Of a stretch of DNA of 64,000 nucleotides, positions 1 through 12,036 are shown piece by piece. Position 1 is the stretch's first letter. Every line of letters begins with the position of its first letter. Below the pieces are notes generated by a model that did not search any database, was not told the DNA's origin, and was given only the letters and a program-made list of their open reading frames with translations. Made by a program: the position numbers and the translations under genes. The DNA comes from Octopus bimaculoides (lineage: Eukaryota), in assembly GCF_001194135.2 (NCBI RefSeq), contig NC_068982.1, forward strand, positions 92,757,470 to 92,821,469, written 5' to 3'.

Positions 1-86
1 AACTTTCATTCACCTGTCAGTTATTTCCAATAAATGGACAATAGTAAAATGATAATGGTGTGCACCACCCTGGTGGCTGATCACGG

Positions 87-177
87 TTACACAAAACATT
101 CAATAACCAGAAAGACGAGTTTTAGATCTTGTACGGTAATTCTCTTGACCAAAAATGCAAACAACAATACCGTTGAT
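87..177 (-). CDS. Possible further or terminal exon of the minus-strand gene
   Basis: Good acceptor (TTTATCTTCTTTTAG); the phase-compatible frame reads STVLLFAFLVKRITVQDLKLVFLVIECFV*; all three frames close within the segment. Confidence 0.2.
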
Positions 178-400
178 CTAAAAGAAGATAAAGTTGAAAT
201 ACGGTGCTTGAAAAACATAGTTTATATATAATAAATTTATGGTTTCATACTTTATTCCAATATACTGTCACAGCATTGTTGCATTCACATGCACAGAATC
301 TTACATTTACTCCTACAAAACTATTAAAATATATCTTTCAATTATGAAACATACTAACTTTGCTTTATACATAAAATATAATTGTAAAATAGGGAGGATC

Positions 401-745
401 TTGTCAATCTCAGTCACAGATTTTTAAAATTATTTTTTGTTCTCGTTTTTGTTAGGGGAGATTTTCAATTTAAATTTTTCTGTTGTCGAAGATTCACCGG
501 TTTGTCAATGGACCTGGAAGTTGTTCGCAAACAGCAGCAGTAACTTTCTTCAGCTGAATACACTGATTGGTTAAAATTACCTAAATACGACAACTTTAAC
601 ACGAAATAACTTCTAAAATACAAAATTTTGTCAAAAACGTTAAGAGTAAACCTTGTTCTACGTGACACATTCAACTAGTATCCAAAGTTTCAAACTGTCT
701 AGTTAAAACAAATTAATTTAAAAAACTTGTGACTGAGATTGACAA
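401..745. repeat. Perfect 18-bp inverted repeat pair
   Basis: TTGTCAATCTCAGTCACA (401-418) and TGTGACTGAGATTGACAA (728-745), with looser AT-rich inner extension; no TSD seen. Confidence 0.85.
498..580 (-). CDS. Candidate next exon of the same minus-strand gene
   Basis: TTTAG acceptor and GTGAAT donor; VILTNQCIQLKKVTAAVCEQLPGPLTNR continues in phase 0 from the 1801-2107 exon. Confidence 0.35.
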
Positions 746-1281
746 AATGCGCTTATGCGAGAGTGCCTCTTATACATGGACAAATACAGCATTGGAAATA
801 ATTTTAGTAGAGATAAAAGAATGATAGTGAAGGAACATTTCGAAAAAAAAAGAATTCTTATTACTATTCGTGAACAATATACTTACGTATTGTTTAACTA
901 TATAATTGATTTGGTGTTCCTAAATAAAAAATATAAGTTTTATTTTTATTTCCTTTTATTGTATAAATCTACATTATTTAAACATTTTAATTAATTTAGT
1001 ATGCTAAACTTTAATGTAACTTTACGTATATTTACCGCTCGGGATAAGAGAAGAAAAACGAAAGAAAATCCAGAAAAATATAAGAAAATTTACGAAAAGT
1101 TAAATATTTTCTGTCATTGGACTGCATCCATATCCAGGCACCACCTTCAAAGGTACTAGTCTCGATACCAGTTTTATGTCAGGGAAAGCAAAGACGAGTA
1201 AAGGAATGTAACCATCATTTACACAACGCAATAATTATGCTGGCAGCATCGTTTAATCTGTCGGTATTTCTGTTAATCTAA

Positions 1282-1479
1282 GGTGGCGAGCAGGTAGAAA
1301 CGTTAGCACGCCGGGCGAAAAGCTTAGCGGTATTTCGTCTGTCTTTATGTTCTGAGTTCAAATTCCGCCGAGGTCGACTTTGCCTTTCATCCTCTCAGGG
1401 TCGATAAATTAAGTACCAGTTGCATACTGGTGTCGATCTAATTGACTGACCCCTCTCCCATTGTGCCTCGAGTAGAAAA
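1282..1479 (+). mobile_element. tRNA-derived SINE, family A, with 18-bp TSD
   Basis: GGCGAGC...GAGTTCAAATTCC (B-box-like) body repeated many times in the window; flanked by GTATTTCTGTTAATCTAA at 1264-1281 and 1480-1497. Confidence 0.85.
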
Positions 1480-1497
1480 GTATTTCTGTTAATCTAA

Positions 1498-1698
1498 AAC
1501 AGGGAGCTGGCAGAACCGTTACCGTGCCGGGCAAAATGCTTAACGGCATTACGTTCTGAGTTCAAATCCCACCGAAGTCGACTTTGCCTTTCATCCTCTC
1601 AGGGTCGATAAAATAAGTACCAATTGAAGACTAGGGTCGATGTAATCAATGTACCCCAACCCCCGAAACTACTGGCCTTGTACCAAAATTTGAAACCA
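1498..1698 (+). mobile_element. tRNA-derived SINE, family A (older, diverged copy)
   Basis: Same body as 1282-1479; followed by a third target copy GTATTTCTATTAATCTA at 1699-1715. Confidence 0.8.
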
Positions 1699-1800
1699 GT
1701 ATTTCTATTAATCTACAGCAGTTAATACACAATTTAGTAGAGTATTTGTTAGGCTGGCAGCTTAAATATTATTAGGAGTAATTTAAGGTGTGGAACGTAC

Positions 1801-2107
1801 AATTTCCTGTAATTCAGACAGCCTCATGGTCCCAACACACAAAATGGAAAAGGTGTTGTCCCGAACGATGGCAAGAGTGATGCGCTGGGACAGCCACTCT
1901 GACTCATGGGGCTCGCACTTGCAGATAACCATTTCCTCCCCGATAGCGGTGAGCAGAAATATTGTCCGGGAACCGAGAACACCGGAGGTCTCCACTGCCG
2001 CAGGCTCGACCGTAAACCTGTCAGAGCGACCGATACCTTCACAGTTTCTTTTAACAACTTGACGAACAGCGAAGCCTGAGCTGGTGGCTGAATACACCAA
2101 GTTGCCG
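1801..2107 (-). CDS. Candidate internal exon of an unidentified minus-strand gene
   Basis: GC-rich island in AT-rich DNA; 102 open codons (GNLVYSATSSG...LSELQEI) between a CCTTCTCCAG acceptor and a GTACGT donor; loosely beta-propeller-like; no family recognised. Confidence 0.45.
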
Positions 2108-2960
2108 CTGGAGAAGGTATCACAGTTTTTACTACCTTAATCTCTCTCTCTCTCTCTCTCTCTCTCCCTCTTTCTCCCTCCCTCTCTCTCTATATATATA
2201 TATGCTGCCTGGCATGAGCATGTTGAAACTTGGTAAGGAAGTTAAATTTTCTTATCCTCTAACTTTTTGGAAAATACACACACACACACACACACATATA
2301 TACATACATACATACATACATACACACACATACATACATACATACATACATACATANNNNNNNNNNNNNNNNNNNNNNNNNNNNNNNNNNNNNNNNNNNN
2401 NNNNNNNNNNNNNNNNNNNNNNNNNNNNNNNNNNNNNNNNNNNNNNNNNNNNNNNNNNNNNNNNNNNNNNNNNNNNNNNNNNNNNNNNNNNNNNNNNNNN
2501 NNNNNNNNNNNNNNNNNNNNNNNNNNNNNNNNNNNNNNNNNNNNNNNNNNNNNNNNNNNNNNNNNNNNNNNNNNNNNNNNNNNNNNNNNNNNNNNNNNNN
2601 NNNNNNNNNNNNNNNNNNNNNNNNNNNNNNNNNNNNNNNNNNNNNNNNNNNNNNNNNNNNNNNNNNNNNNNNNNNNNNNNNNNNNNNNNNNNNNNNNNNN
2701 NNNNNNNNNNNNNNNNNNNNNNNNNNNNNNNAAAAAAACAAAAAAAAAAAACAATCTTTAGTTGCAAAACTCAAAAGTGTATACACTATAAATCTTTTTC
2801 TATATAAAAGGCTCAAAGCAACATGTTACTCCCTTCCATCATTCTCGCTCATGTTTCGGCAAACAAGGAATCTCCTTTTCAATCAATTGGTCTGCTAGAA
2901 ATACAGAAATGCCTTTGATCACAGAAGTCTGCTGGATCAAGGCTAAGCAGGGACAAAACA

Positions 2961-3121
2961 ATGAGAACCCTGTTTCGAAATTTCCCCAAGACACCTGATG
3001 AAAGCTGGAGGGTATATCAACCGAAACGTGTTAACAACAAACAAGATGAAGACAAATATCCGTCAAATGTAAATAATGTAAATAATGTAGATAATTCCTC
3101 ATCTCTTAAATATAGTACTGT
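2961..3121 (+). mobile_element. Headless copy of the hammerhead-bearing SINE tail
   Basis: Matches 62608-62760 (-): ATGAGAACCC...GACAC-CTGATGA...GAAAC...CCGTCAAATGTAAATAATGT; lacks the GTT cleavage triplet. Confidence 0.8.
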
Positions 3122-3499
3122 ATTATCTGGTAGGAGATATTTGCTCTCGGAACAGTATAGGGGGTTGGAATCTAGAACCATGTGGTTGCGAAGTGACCAT
3201 TTTAACCAAGTAGCTATGCCAGCGTTAATGAAAAGATACAATATTGGTTTCTGAAACTGGTACAAGATTAAATCGACCTCAGTATTTTACTGGTACTTTC
3301 TTTTATCGACCTCGAGAAGATGAAACGCAGAATTGATCTCGTAAGAAATTGAACTTGGAATGTAAAAAAATATTAGTGATCAACTGATATTAGGAGTTAG
3401 ATCCTTTTGATTCAATACTTCACATTGTTGATGTTAAAGGAGATAACCAAAAGTACCAATATTTCTCGTAAAACGGGGTAGGGGAGATAACCCAATATT

Positions 3500-3765
3500 T
3501 TAATTAATATTGGTTTCAAATTTTAGCACAGCCTGCAGTTTCAGGGGAGGGGAAAAAAAACGATTACATCAACCCAGTGCTCAACTACTACTTATTTATC
3601 GGCCTGGGAGGAATTTCAGCGTGAAGACGAGCGAAATACCGCTGAGCATTTTCTTTTTTTTTTTGCGGGTCGGTAAATTAAGTACCAGTTCAGCATTAAC
3701 ATCGCTGAAAACGACTTAACCCGTCTCCTAAAATTGTTGGCTTTGTACCAAAATTTTAAACTTGA
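3500..3765. mobile_element. SINE family A-related fragments in both orientations
   Basis: GGTTTCAAATTTTAGCAC... and ...TTGTACCAAAATTT resemble the family A 3' part; boundaries approximate. Confidence 0.55.
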
Positions 3766-4282
3766 TGTATTTCTAATATCAGCACAAGGCTTATGTTATT
3801 TGTAGCTTACTGAATTGCACATTCAATTCATTTTAATTAAATAGAATTTCAGGGTTGTTCTCTCTCTCTTTTTGTGTGTGTGCCTGGAGTTAATCATTGT
3901 TCTCATTACTAAGAGGATAATTTTTACTTTAAAAGTATAGCTGAATTATCTCCCTTGACACAAATATTTTTATCATGGGATTACTCCTTTGCGAGTTAAT
4001 TTCCCTTTCCTGCGTATGCTTATACACGTAACTCTCTTTAAATCCAGCTTCGAGTTGTTTTGTACATCAACAGTGGAGACAACTTAATCCATATCTGATA
4101 ATTCTTGAAATATATACATTCCGAAACTAATTATCACCATCGATAAAAGTTGCACATTAATCTGCAAAACACAAAAACTTTCTCATTTTGTGCTTCCCAA
4201 ATTTTGGTAAAAGTAATATGTTTAGCTACTCAGCAGCATCACAGCAGGGTACAATAACCCGATCAAAATAATAATAACAATA

Positions 4283-4430
4283 ATCCTTTCTACTAAAGGC
4301 ACAAAGCCTGATATTTGGGGGAGCAGTTGACTACATTGACTCCAGTACACAACTGGTACTTATTTTATTGACCCCGAAAGAATGAAAGGTAAAGTTGACC
4401 CCAACAGAATTTGCACTCAGAATGTATAGA
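4283..4430 (-). mobile_element. SINE family A
   Basis: Reverse complement of the family A 3' half (CCTTTCTACTAAAGGCACAAAGCC...GGTACTTATTTTATTGACCCC). Confidence 0.75.
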
Positions 4431-4629
4431 TGGTCGAAAATTGATGATGATGATGATCTAATTAACTTTAGCTAATTGATTTTATTAAAATTATATCTGT
4501 TGCTTGTTTTTATTTTCCTTTTAGATTTTGGGCTTTTAAACACCATCTAGAGGGAATTATTTTCTATAAGTTGCATAATTCTTTCCTGTCTTTCCTGTTA
4601 ATTGAATTTTTTCAACTTCTCCAGTTATT

Positions 4630-5050
4630 AACTGAAGGCACGTTCTCTGTTCCAGGTATGTGCCGAATGTCACTCGTGAACTGGGAAATGTAGTCCAGGT
4701 GATGAAAAGCACGAGGTGAGTGTTTGTCCGATTTAGAAGACAGAGCAAACGTAAGAGGCTTGTGATCAGTATAAATCACAAAATCTCGGCCTTCGAGTTG
4801 ATGTTGAAAATGACGAACTGACAGGTAGATCACCAAGAGCTCTCAATCAAAAGTACTGTACCGACGTTCGGCTGGCTTTAATTGACTAGAAAAAAACGCC
4901 AAAGGTTTAGTCTGATTGTCTACAGTGTGCTGCAAAACAGCACCAACCGCAGAATCCGATGCATCAACGGTTAAAGAGAGAGGAGCATCGGGAACCGGAT
5001 GTGCAAGTAGAGGAACAGAAGCTATTTCCTTCTTGATTGCTGTTCTCAAC
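4630..5050 (-). mobile_element. Ty3/Gypsy LTR retrotransposon RT-connection/RNase H fragment (frameshifted)
   Basis: LLAHPVPDAPLSLTVDASDSAVGAVLQ...PLAFFSSQLKPAERRYSTFD, then after a frameshift YLSVRHFQHQLEGRDFVIYTDHKPL...IRHIPGTENV: canonical Ty3 RNase H motifs (DAS, YTDHKPL). Confidence 0.9.
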
Positions 5051-5743
5051 AAATCATGGAAACAACATCCAACGAAAGAAGAGCTTTACGGAAATATCTG
5101 CAACATTATAATCATTCGAGAGGGGAGGACAAGAGCTGTTTAATGACAAGAAATTTGACTGACATGATCAGTCGATAGGACTTTAATTATCATTACCCTA
5201 AACATAATTGAGAATAAAATATAAGACGATTTCCCCCCGTTCGAAGTCACTGCTATGTAATTTATTGTAATGTCTTTCATTCACATTTTCCGAATTTGCA
5301 ATTCTAACTTATAAATTTACGACTAGAGGGAGGTAACTCTACCCTAAGGGACATAATTACGTTCAAACTTAAAAGTAAGTTTACGGTATAGATGTTTATC
5401 TTTCATTATTTTCTTCCATAAATCATAAAAAAGGCTCCGATTTTGCTGTCTTTTATGATTGTTGTGGAAAGTTAATTTGATACAGATATCATTGACCAAT
5501 ATGAATTTTTCTGAATGTGAGAATAAATCATATGAAACAGTTGGAGATAAATATAAATAAGGAACTGAGCGAAGGTTAATACCGGTCGGCTCATGTGATC
5601 AATCATTCCATAGAGATGTTTGTAAATAGAAGAGGGCAACATCACTAGACTCGGCTTCATATATTCTACTTGTCAGTTGAATATATTCAGAAAGAACCTT
5701 TAGTTTTTGCTAATTTCAATTTTTTGCATACACATGAGAAGAA

Positions 5744-6127
5744 ATGGAACAGAATCTAAATTTTGTGACCGTAATATTTTTGCTTATATTAAACAATTTC
5801 CTTCTTTCGTCGTGCAATGAAGACACATCCTGGACATCGTACCACACCCAGAACTCTCTGCCAAATAACGACACACTTACAGAACTAAGCCAGACAAACT
5901 CTTCAACGGTACCAACAACATCGGAAGCGACAACTAGATTGGAAACGACTACAATAGTGCCCGAACCGATTAAAAAACCCTGTGAATCTATTATCGGAAA
6001 CATTAGTAATGTGGTGTCAAAATTCTATCGCTGTAGTATTGAACGTGCTCGTCCTTATCGCTTTTGTACCAAATGTTTGCAGGACTACATAGCAGCCATT
6101 GACCTTTATTCTGACATCGCTTCAGCT
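5744..6127 (+). CDS. OSTM1: OSTM1 exon 1 (signal peptide, S/T-rich stalk, first Cys motifs)
   Basis: ATG at 5744; hydrophobic N-terminus FVTVIFLLILNNFLLSSC; FYRCSIERARPYRFCTKC resembles the OSTM1 'C...ARP...C..C' motif; GTGAGT donor at 6128, phase 0 (128 codons). Confidence 0.9.
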
Positions 6128-7304
6128 GTGAGTATTCTTCGTCATAGCACTTTGTCTTTTACGTTTAACTTGTTTCAATCATTGGACTATGACCACTACC
6201 TTGGCGGGTTTAGTCGAACAAATCGACTACAGTACTTTATTATTTTTTTAAAAATGTGATACTTATTCTATTGGTCTCTTTTGATGAACCCTTAAGTTAC
6301 CTGCTTCTTGATTTCTCTCCTCGGACAGACACAAATATAGCTCATCTTGCAATTCTACAGGTGTCACTTCCTACAGATTTTTTCCAAATTGGAAACTAGC
6401 TTGAAAATAGAAATTCCTCGGCTCCTCGGCAAGACTTCCTTTTGCACCCCACCTTTTATTATTATTATTTGTTTTTCTACACAAACCCCCGTTTTCGGTT
6501 ACGGAAAATACGAATCTGCAAAAAAATTGGCAAAAATCGGCATTTTGACCCCCCCCCCCCNNNNNNNNNNNNNNNNNNNNTTTTTTTTTTTCAAAATATG
6601 CGGAAAAATACGAAGAATATGATTCTGAAAAAAATTTCCAAAAATGTTTGTGGTTAGGGGGTAGGGGGTTAGAGTTGAGGTTTTAGGGTTAGGGAAAAAG
6701 TAAAAATGTGGTTGTATATATCTATTTATAGTCATCATAAAAATTGTTATACATACATAAAGCTATGGTGGAAGAAATTTGCCCAGGGTGCTGCACAGTT
6801 TATCAAACTTGAAAGCTCTTTGTTGCAAAGTAAACTTTTTAATCACATAGTCATGCCTACATTGAGATTGTATCAATTACCTGAAAGGCTCCTCTTTAGA
6901 AGTTGCTGATAACTTTTACTACCAAGGTAATCTAATTTGTAGTTGAAGGTGAATGTTTTGAAAACATTGTAGCCAGAATAAGAAGGGGTTGATAAAAATT
7001 CAGGGAACTATTACTTATACTTGTAACAAAGGGCTCCCCTTTCTGGTTACAGGGAAGATTGATGATGCAGTTGTATGAATTATGATGTGTTTTTTGTGAG
7101 ATGTGGATTTTGAGTGCAGAGGTTTCGCAAAGACTAGAAAGAGAAGAGTCTTCTTTGGGCCAACAAATGCCTTGTGAGTGTATTTGGTTAATAGAAACTG
7201 CAAGAAGTCCATTGTGTGTGCATGTGTGGATATTGATATTTCATGCTTGTCACCACTTGAGTGAAACAGTGATGATGTTGACATTCCTTGTTGATATTGG
7301 TAAA

Positions 7305-7430
7305 AAATTTGGCACAAGGCCAGCAATCTTGGGGGAGGAGTAAGTGGATTACATCGACTCTAATACACAACTGGTACTTATTTTACTAGAAAGGATGAAA
7401 GGCAAAGTCAACCCTAGCAACATCTGAACT
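7305..7430 (-). mobile_element. SINE family A fragment
   Basis: AAATTTGGCACAAGGCCAGCAAT...AGGATGAAAGGCAAAGTCAAC, reverse complement of the family A body. Confidence 0.7.
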
Positions 7431-8394
7431 CCCTTGTAAAGCCTTCCTTTAACTGTAGTTCAGTCTTATAGGATAACAAAAGAACATTCATTTTGTATTT
7501 CTGCCAAAATGTTAAAAGAAAAGAAAATACAAAAACTAAAATGTCTCAGTAAAACAAAAAAAAGTATTAAATCTATATTGCCATACTTCATGTCAGTATG
7601 TATAGTGTGGTCCTCAACAACATAGCGATATGTCACCTTAGGGGGCTCTGAATCTGTGGTTTGCACTTAGTTGTTTAACTGTTACATGTAATAGGTCAGC
7701 TTGACCAAGGTTAAGCTGGAAGTACACAACTACAAAAAAAAAATGCCCCCCTTATCGGAATATTTTATTTAATATTGTTAAGTAAAATTTCTGTATGTGA
7801 AAGTATATTTTATGTTGATTACATTAATGTTTAAAATATATTTAATATTGCTACAAAATAATATTTAGTCTTGTTTAAAATAAGCTTAAATATCCTCATC
7901 ATCATTTAATGTTTCTTTTCCATGCTGGCATGGGTTGGACAAAATAAGCCTAAATATATTTTAAGCGTATGAATATAATAACAACATTAATCCTCTCAGT
8001 GTTTCATTGTCTACAAAGGGGGTCTCCACAATTCTATCTTGCCAGTGTAAAATTATGACATTTCTTACATAATAGGATAATTCATTAACTTGTATGGCAT
8101 TCTTACGATAATAAATATGAGATTTTAAGGTAGTAAATGCTTTCACCTTCACTCTGATTTCCTCATGAAATATCTTAGGAAATAATTGGTTTTTGTAACA
8201 ACAGTTATATCATTATCAACAGTGAAGATGATTTATTTCTTAAACACAGTTTTTATATTTTTGTTTTAATATTTAAATTCACTCAATAACATCTAAAAAG
8301 AAATAAGGCCCAACAATCTGACCTTTGTGACCCATTCCCTGTTTTAAGATTTGGATTTTTCACTTTTTAATATTATGAATAAGTTTTTTACATT

Positions 8395-8765
8395 CTGAGT
8401 TAAGTTCTACTAAGGTCAACTTCACCATTCATCCCTTTGAGGTTGATAAAATAAGCACCAGTTATATACTGGGGGATCAATGAAATTGACTTACCCTATC
8501 CACCAGAAATTGCTGGCCTTGCGCCAGAATTTGAAACCAGCATTATAAGTAAGTTTGGTAAGCTGGTAGCCTTGTTAGCATGTTGAACAAAATGCTTAAC
8601 AGCATTTCTTATGGCTCTTTATGTTCTGAATTCAAATCTTGCTGAGGTAACCTTTGCCTTTTGTGCTTTCAGGATTGAGAAAATAATATCAGTTGAGTAC
8701 TGGGGTGGACATAATCAGCTTACACCCTACCCCTAAAATTGCTGGCCTTGTACGAAACTATGAAG
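8395..8765 (+). mobile_element. Two tandem SINE family A copies in OSTM1 intron 1
   Basis: Two successive bodies, each ending TTGCTGGCCTTG..CCA/CGAAA; diverged. Confidence 0.7.
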
Positions 8766-8972
8766 AGAATATTATGATTAAGTTCAAATAACGAAAGCAA
8801 ACAGTTTTGTCACTTGAATTTACCCTCATATATTACTGGTATTTATCAAGCCTGTAACAAATGATACAAAGCAAAGATGACTCTGGTGAAATTTGAATTA
8901 AAAACAGAGATAATAAAAATTAAATCTTGATACAGTTAATACAATAACAGTTTTCTTTTTCGGTCATTGCAG

Positions 8973-9090
8973 AGCAAGAATAGTACTCTAGTAATATGTA
9001 AAAATTTACTTATTAAGTCCGACTATGCTCCACTAATACCATCAGTTTTTCAAGACATCAAAACACTTTGGAGTTCTGCTTATTGTTCAA
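8973..9090 (+). CDS. OSTM1: OSTM1 exon 2
   Basis: Pyrimidine tract + TGCAG acceptor; SKNSTLVICKNLLIKSDYAPLIPSVFQDIKTLWSSAYCS matches the OSTM1 'C...LL..D...............W..A.C' pattern; GTAAGT donor at 9091, phase 1. Confidence 0.9.
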
Positions 9091-9414
9091 GTAAGTATAG
9101 TTTTTGCTTTTAATCTACTTTTGTACTTTCACTGATTTAAATTAAAAAACCAAAAATTGTATCCAAAGAAGGTGAACTGTAATGGGCAAGCAACTAGGGT
9201 ATTGGCCTGCTATTCACAGGCATAACTGGGTGAGGTTTTAATACTTCTTAACTGTTACTGGTTTTGTGCTGTGCATACAATGTAACTATTTAGTTCTCAA
9301 TAGCTCAGTCCGTCTAACCGTCTATAGGCAATGCACAAAGTATGAAAGAAGCGGTCAGAGGAGCTCCATGACATTTTAAAACAGAGAAGGTGGGAGTGAT
9401 TAGGTGGAACTGGA

Positions 9415-9459
<45 letters not shown>

Positions 9460-10344
9460 NNNNNNNNNNNNNNNNNNNNNNNNNNNNNNNNNNNNNNNNN
9501 NNNNNNNNNNNNNNNNNNNNNNNNNNNNNNNNNNNNNNNNNNNNNNNNNNNNNNNNNNNNNNNNNNNNNNNNNNNNNNNNNNNNNNNNNNNNNNNNNNNN
9601 NNNNNNNNNNNNNNNNNNNNNNNNNNNNNNNNNNNNNNNNNNNNNNNNNNNNNNNNNNNNNNNNNNNNNNNNNNNNNNNNNNNNNNNNNNNNNNNNNNNN
9701 NNNNNNNNNNNNNNNNNNNNNNNNNNNNNNNNNNNNNNNNNNNNNNNNNNNNNNNNNNNNNNNNNNNNNNNNNNNNNNNNNNNNNNNNNNNNNNNNNNNN
9801 NNNNNNNNNNNNNNNNNNNNNNNNNNNNNNNNNNNNNNNNNNNNNNNNNNNNNNNNNNNNNNNNNNNNNNNNNNNNNNNNNNNNNNNNNNNNNNNNNNNN
9901 NNNNNNNNNNNNNNNNNNNNNNNNNNNNNNNNNNNNNNNNNNNNNNNNNNNNNNNNNNNNNNNNNNNNNNNNNNNNNNNNNNNNNNNNNNNNNNNNNNNN
10001 NNNNNNNNNNNNNNNNNNNNNNNNNNNNNNNNNNNNNNNNNNNNNNNNNNNNNNNNNNNNNNNNNNNNNNNNNNNNNNNNNNNNNNNNNNNNNNNNNNNN
10101 NNNNNNNNNNNNNNNNNNNNNNNNNNNNNNNNNNNNNNNNNNNNNNNNNNNNNNNNNNNNNNNNNNNNNNNNNNNNNNNNNNNNNNNNNNNNNNNNNNNN
10201 NNNNNNNNNNNNNNNNNNNNNNNNNNNNNNNNNNNNNNNNNNNNNATTTTTTGTATTTGTAACCATAGTACTTATTCTATTGGTGTGTTTTTTGCAAATG
10301 GCTAAGTTATGGGAAGGTAAACACAGCAACATCGGTAGTCAAGT

Positions 10345-12036
10345 GTTGGCCAGAGGACCTGAGGAGAGGTGTGAGGCTGGAGTTGGTTTTGCAGTGAAAA
10401 GTGCGCTTGTGAGCAAACTGGCTGGGCCCCCAAAAGGATTGAACGACGGACTAATGACACTGAGACTCCCTCTCTCCAATGGGAAGAAGTTTGCCACCCT
10501 TGTCAGTGCCTACACCCCTACCATGATAAACCCCAATGAGGTCAAAGATAAGTCCTATGAAGACTTGAACACCGTCATAAGTGCAACACTAAATTCAGAC
10601 AAGCTCATCATCCTTGGTGACTTTAACGCAAGAGTAGGCTGTGACAGTGCCACCTGGGAAGGTGTGATAGGAAAGCATGGTGTTGGAAAATGCAATACTA
10701 ATGGCCTTCTCCTCCTCCGAACCTGCTCTGAGCATGACCTGCTGATAACAAACACTGTATTTCGCCTCCCTATCCACAACAGGACGTCATAGATGCATCC
10801 TCGCTCAAAGCACTGGCATCTAATTGACTATGTCATCATCAGGAAAAGGGACAGGTGGGACATGCGTATCACTAGGGCCATGTGTGGAGCCGAGTGCTGG
10901 ACAGACCACCGCCTCATAGTTGCTAAGCTCAATCTGCATATCCGACCAAAGAGAAGACCCCAAGGAAAGAAAACACCAAAACGACTGAATGTCAACAAGC
11001 TGAAAACAGAAACTGTCCAAAAATCTTTCTCTGAAACTCTGGCAGAACGCCTTGAACCTATTGCGATAGGCAGTCAAGATGTGGAAGCAGCATGGGAAGC
11101 AATCTGCGAGACCGTATACAACACAGCTATGGAGTGCCTTGGGCCAATCTCCAGGAAACACAAAGACTGGTTTGATGAGAACTGCACTGAGATTACTCAG
11201 TTGCTAGAAGAAAAGCGTTCTGCGTACAAAGCCCATATTGAAGATCCATCCTCCAAACCAAAGAAGGACATATGGAAAAGTTTGTGTAGCAACATTCAGA
11301 TGAAGCTCAGACAGATGCATGATTCCTGGCTAAGCAAGAAAGCAGAAGAGATTCAAGGCTGTGCAGATAGGAACGACATGAAGATCTTTTATGATGGTCT
11401 TAAGGAAATTTATGGTCTAACCTCATCTGCGTCATCACCTCTCCTCGGTGCGGACGGACCCACTTTCCTCACCGACAAAGACATGGTCCTGGGAAGGTGG
11501 GCAGAGCATTTTAATTTAAAAGTGTACTAAACCGTCCCTCTACCATCAATGATGAGGCCATTGACTGCCTCCCCCAAATTACTGTAAATGAGGAAATGGA
11601 TGAACTCCCAACCCTTGAAGTGATTGAGAATGCAATCCGCCTGTTGTTCACCAGGAAAGCGCCTGGCTCAGACTCTATCCCAGCTGAGATCTATAAAGAG
11701 GGTGGCAGGACCTTGACTGAGAAACTCCATCAGCTTTTCCACCTCATCTGGCAGGAAGAGGTACTCCCCCAAGACTTCAAAGATGCCTCCATCATACATC
11801 TTTACAAGCGTAAAGGAAACCGCCAGGCCTGCGATAACCATCGGGGGATATCCCTGTTATCCATTGCAGGCAAGGTACTGGCCAGAGTACTGCTGAACAG
11901 GTTTATAGTTCATCTGGAAAAAGACCTCTTACCAGAGAGCCAATGTGGATTCCGCAAGGATCGCGGTACTATTGATATGGTGTTTGCTGCCAGGCAGCTC
12001 CAATAAAAGTGCCAAGAACAAAACGTGGATCTTTAT
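10345..12036 (+). mobile_element. RTE/BovB-like LINE: APE endonuclease and start of RT, decayed and 3'-truncated
   Basis: EAGVGFAVK, SAYTPT, IILGDFNARVG, HPRSKHWHLIDYVI, WTDHRLI (APE); KAPGSDSIPAEIYK, HRGISLLSIAGKVLA, LPESQCGFR (RT). Stop at 10790-10792, frameshift near 11520, stop at 12004-12006. Confidence 0.93.

Noticed and set aside
1790-2062. Plus-strand 90-aa ORF MERTISCN...
   Set aside because: Ser/Thr/Arg-rich antisense shadow of the minus-strand candidate exon, without splice support.
2202-2816. Long ORFs across N gaps and microsatellites (also 9390-10332, 12790-13396, 20202-20664, 37513-38112, 52551-52817)
   Set aside because: Open only because N runs and dinucleotide repeats contain no stops.
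5472-5660. Minus-strand ORF MKPSLVML... as first exon of the divergent gene
   Set aside because: Its donor is weak and phase 0, incompatible with the phase-2 entry needed at 2107; no recognisable homology.
6128-6259. Read-through of OSTM1 exon 1 to a 171-aa ORF
   Set aside because: A consensus GTGAGT donor at 6128 and an in-frame exon 2 explain the gene; the extension has no OSTM1 similarity. Intron retention cannot be judged from DNA alone.
6650-6700. Telomere-like TTAGGG
   Set aside because: Only 2-3 scattered units inside a dispersed repeat end.
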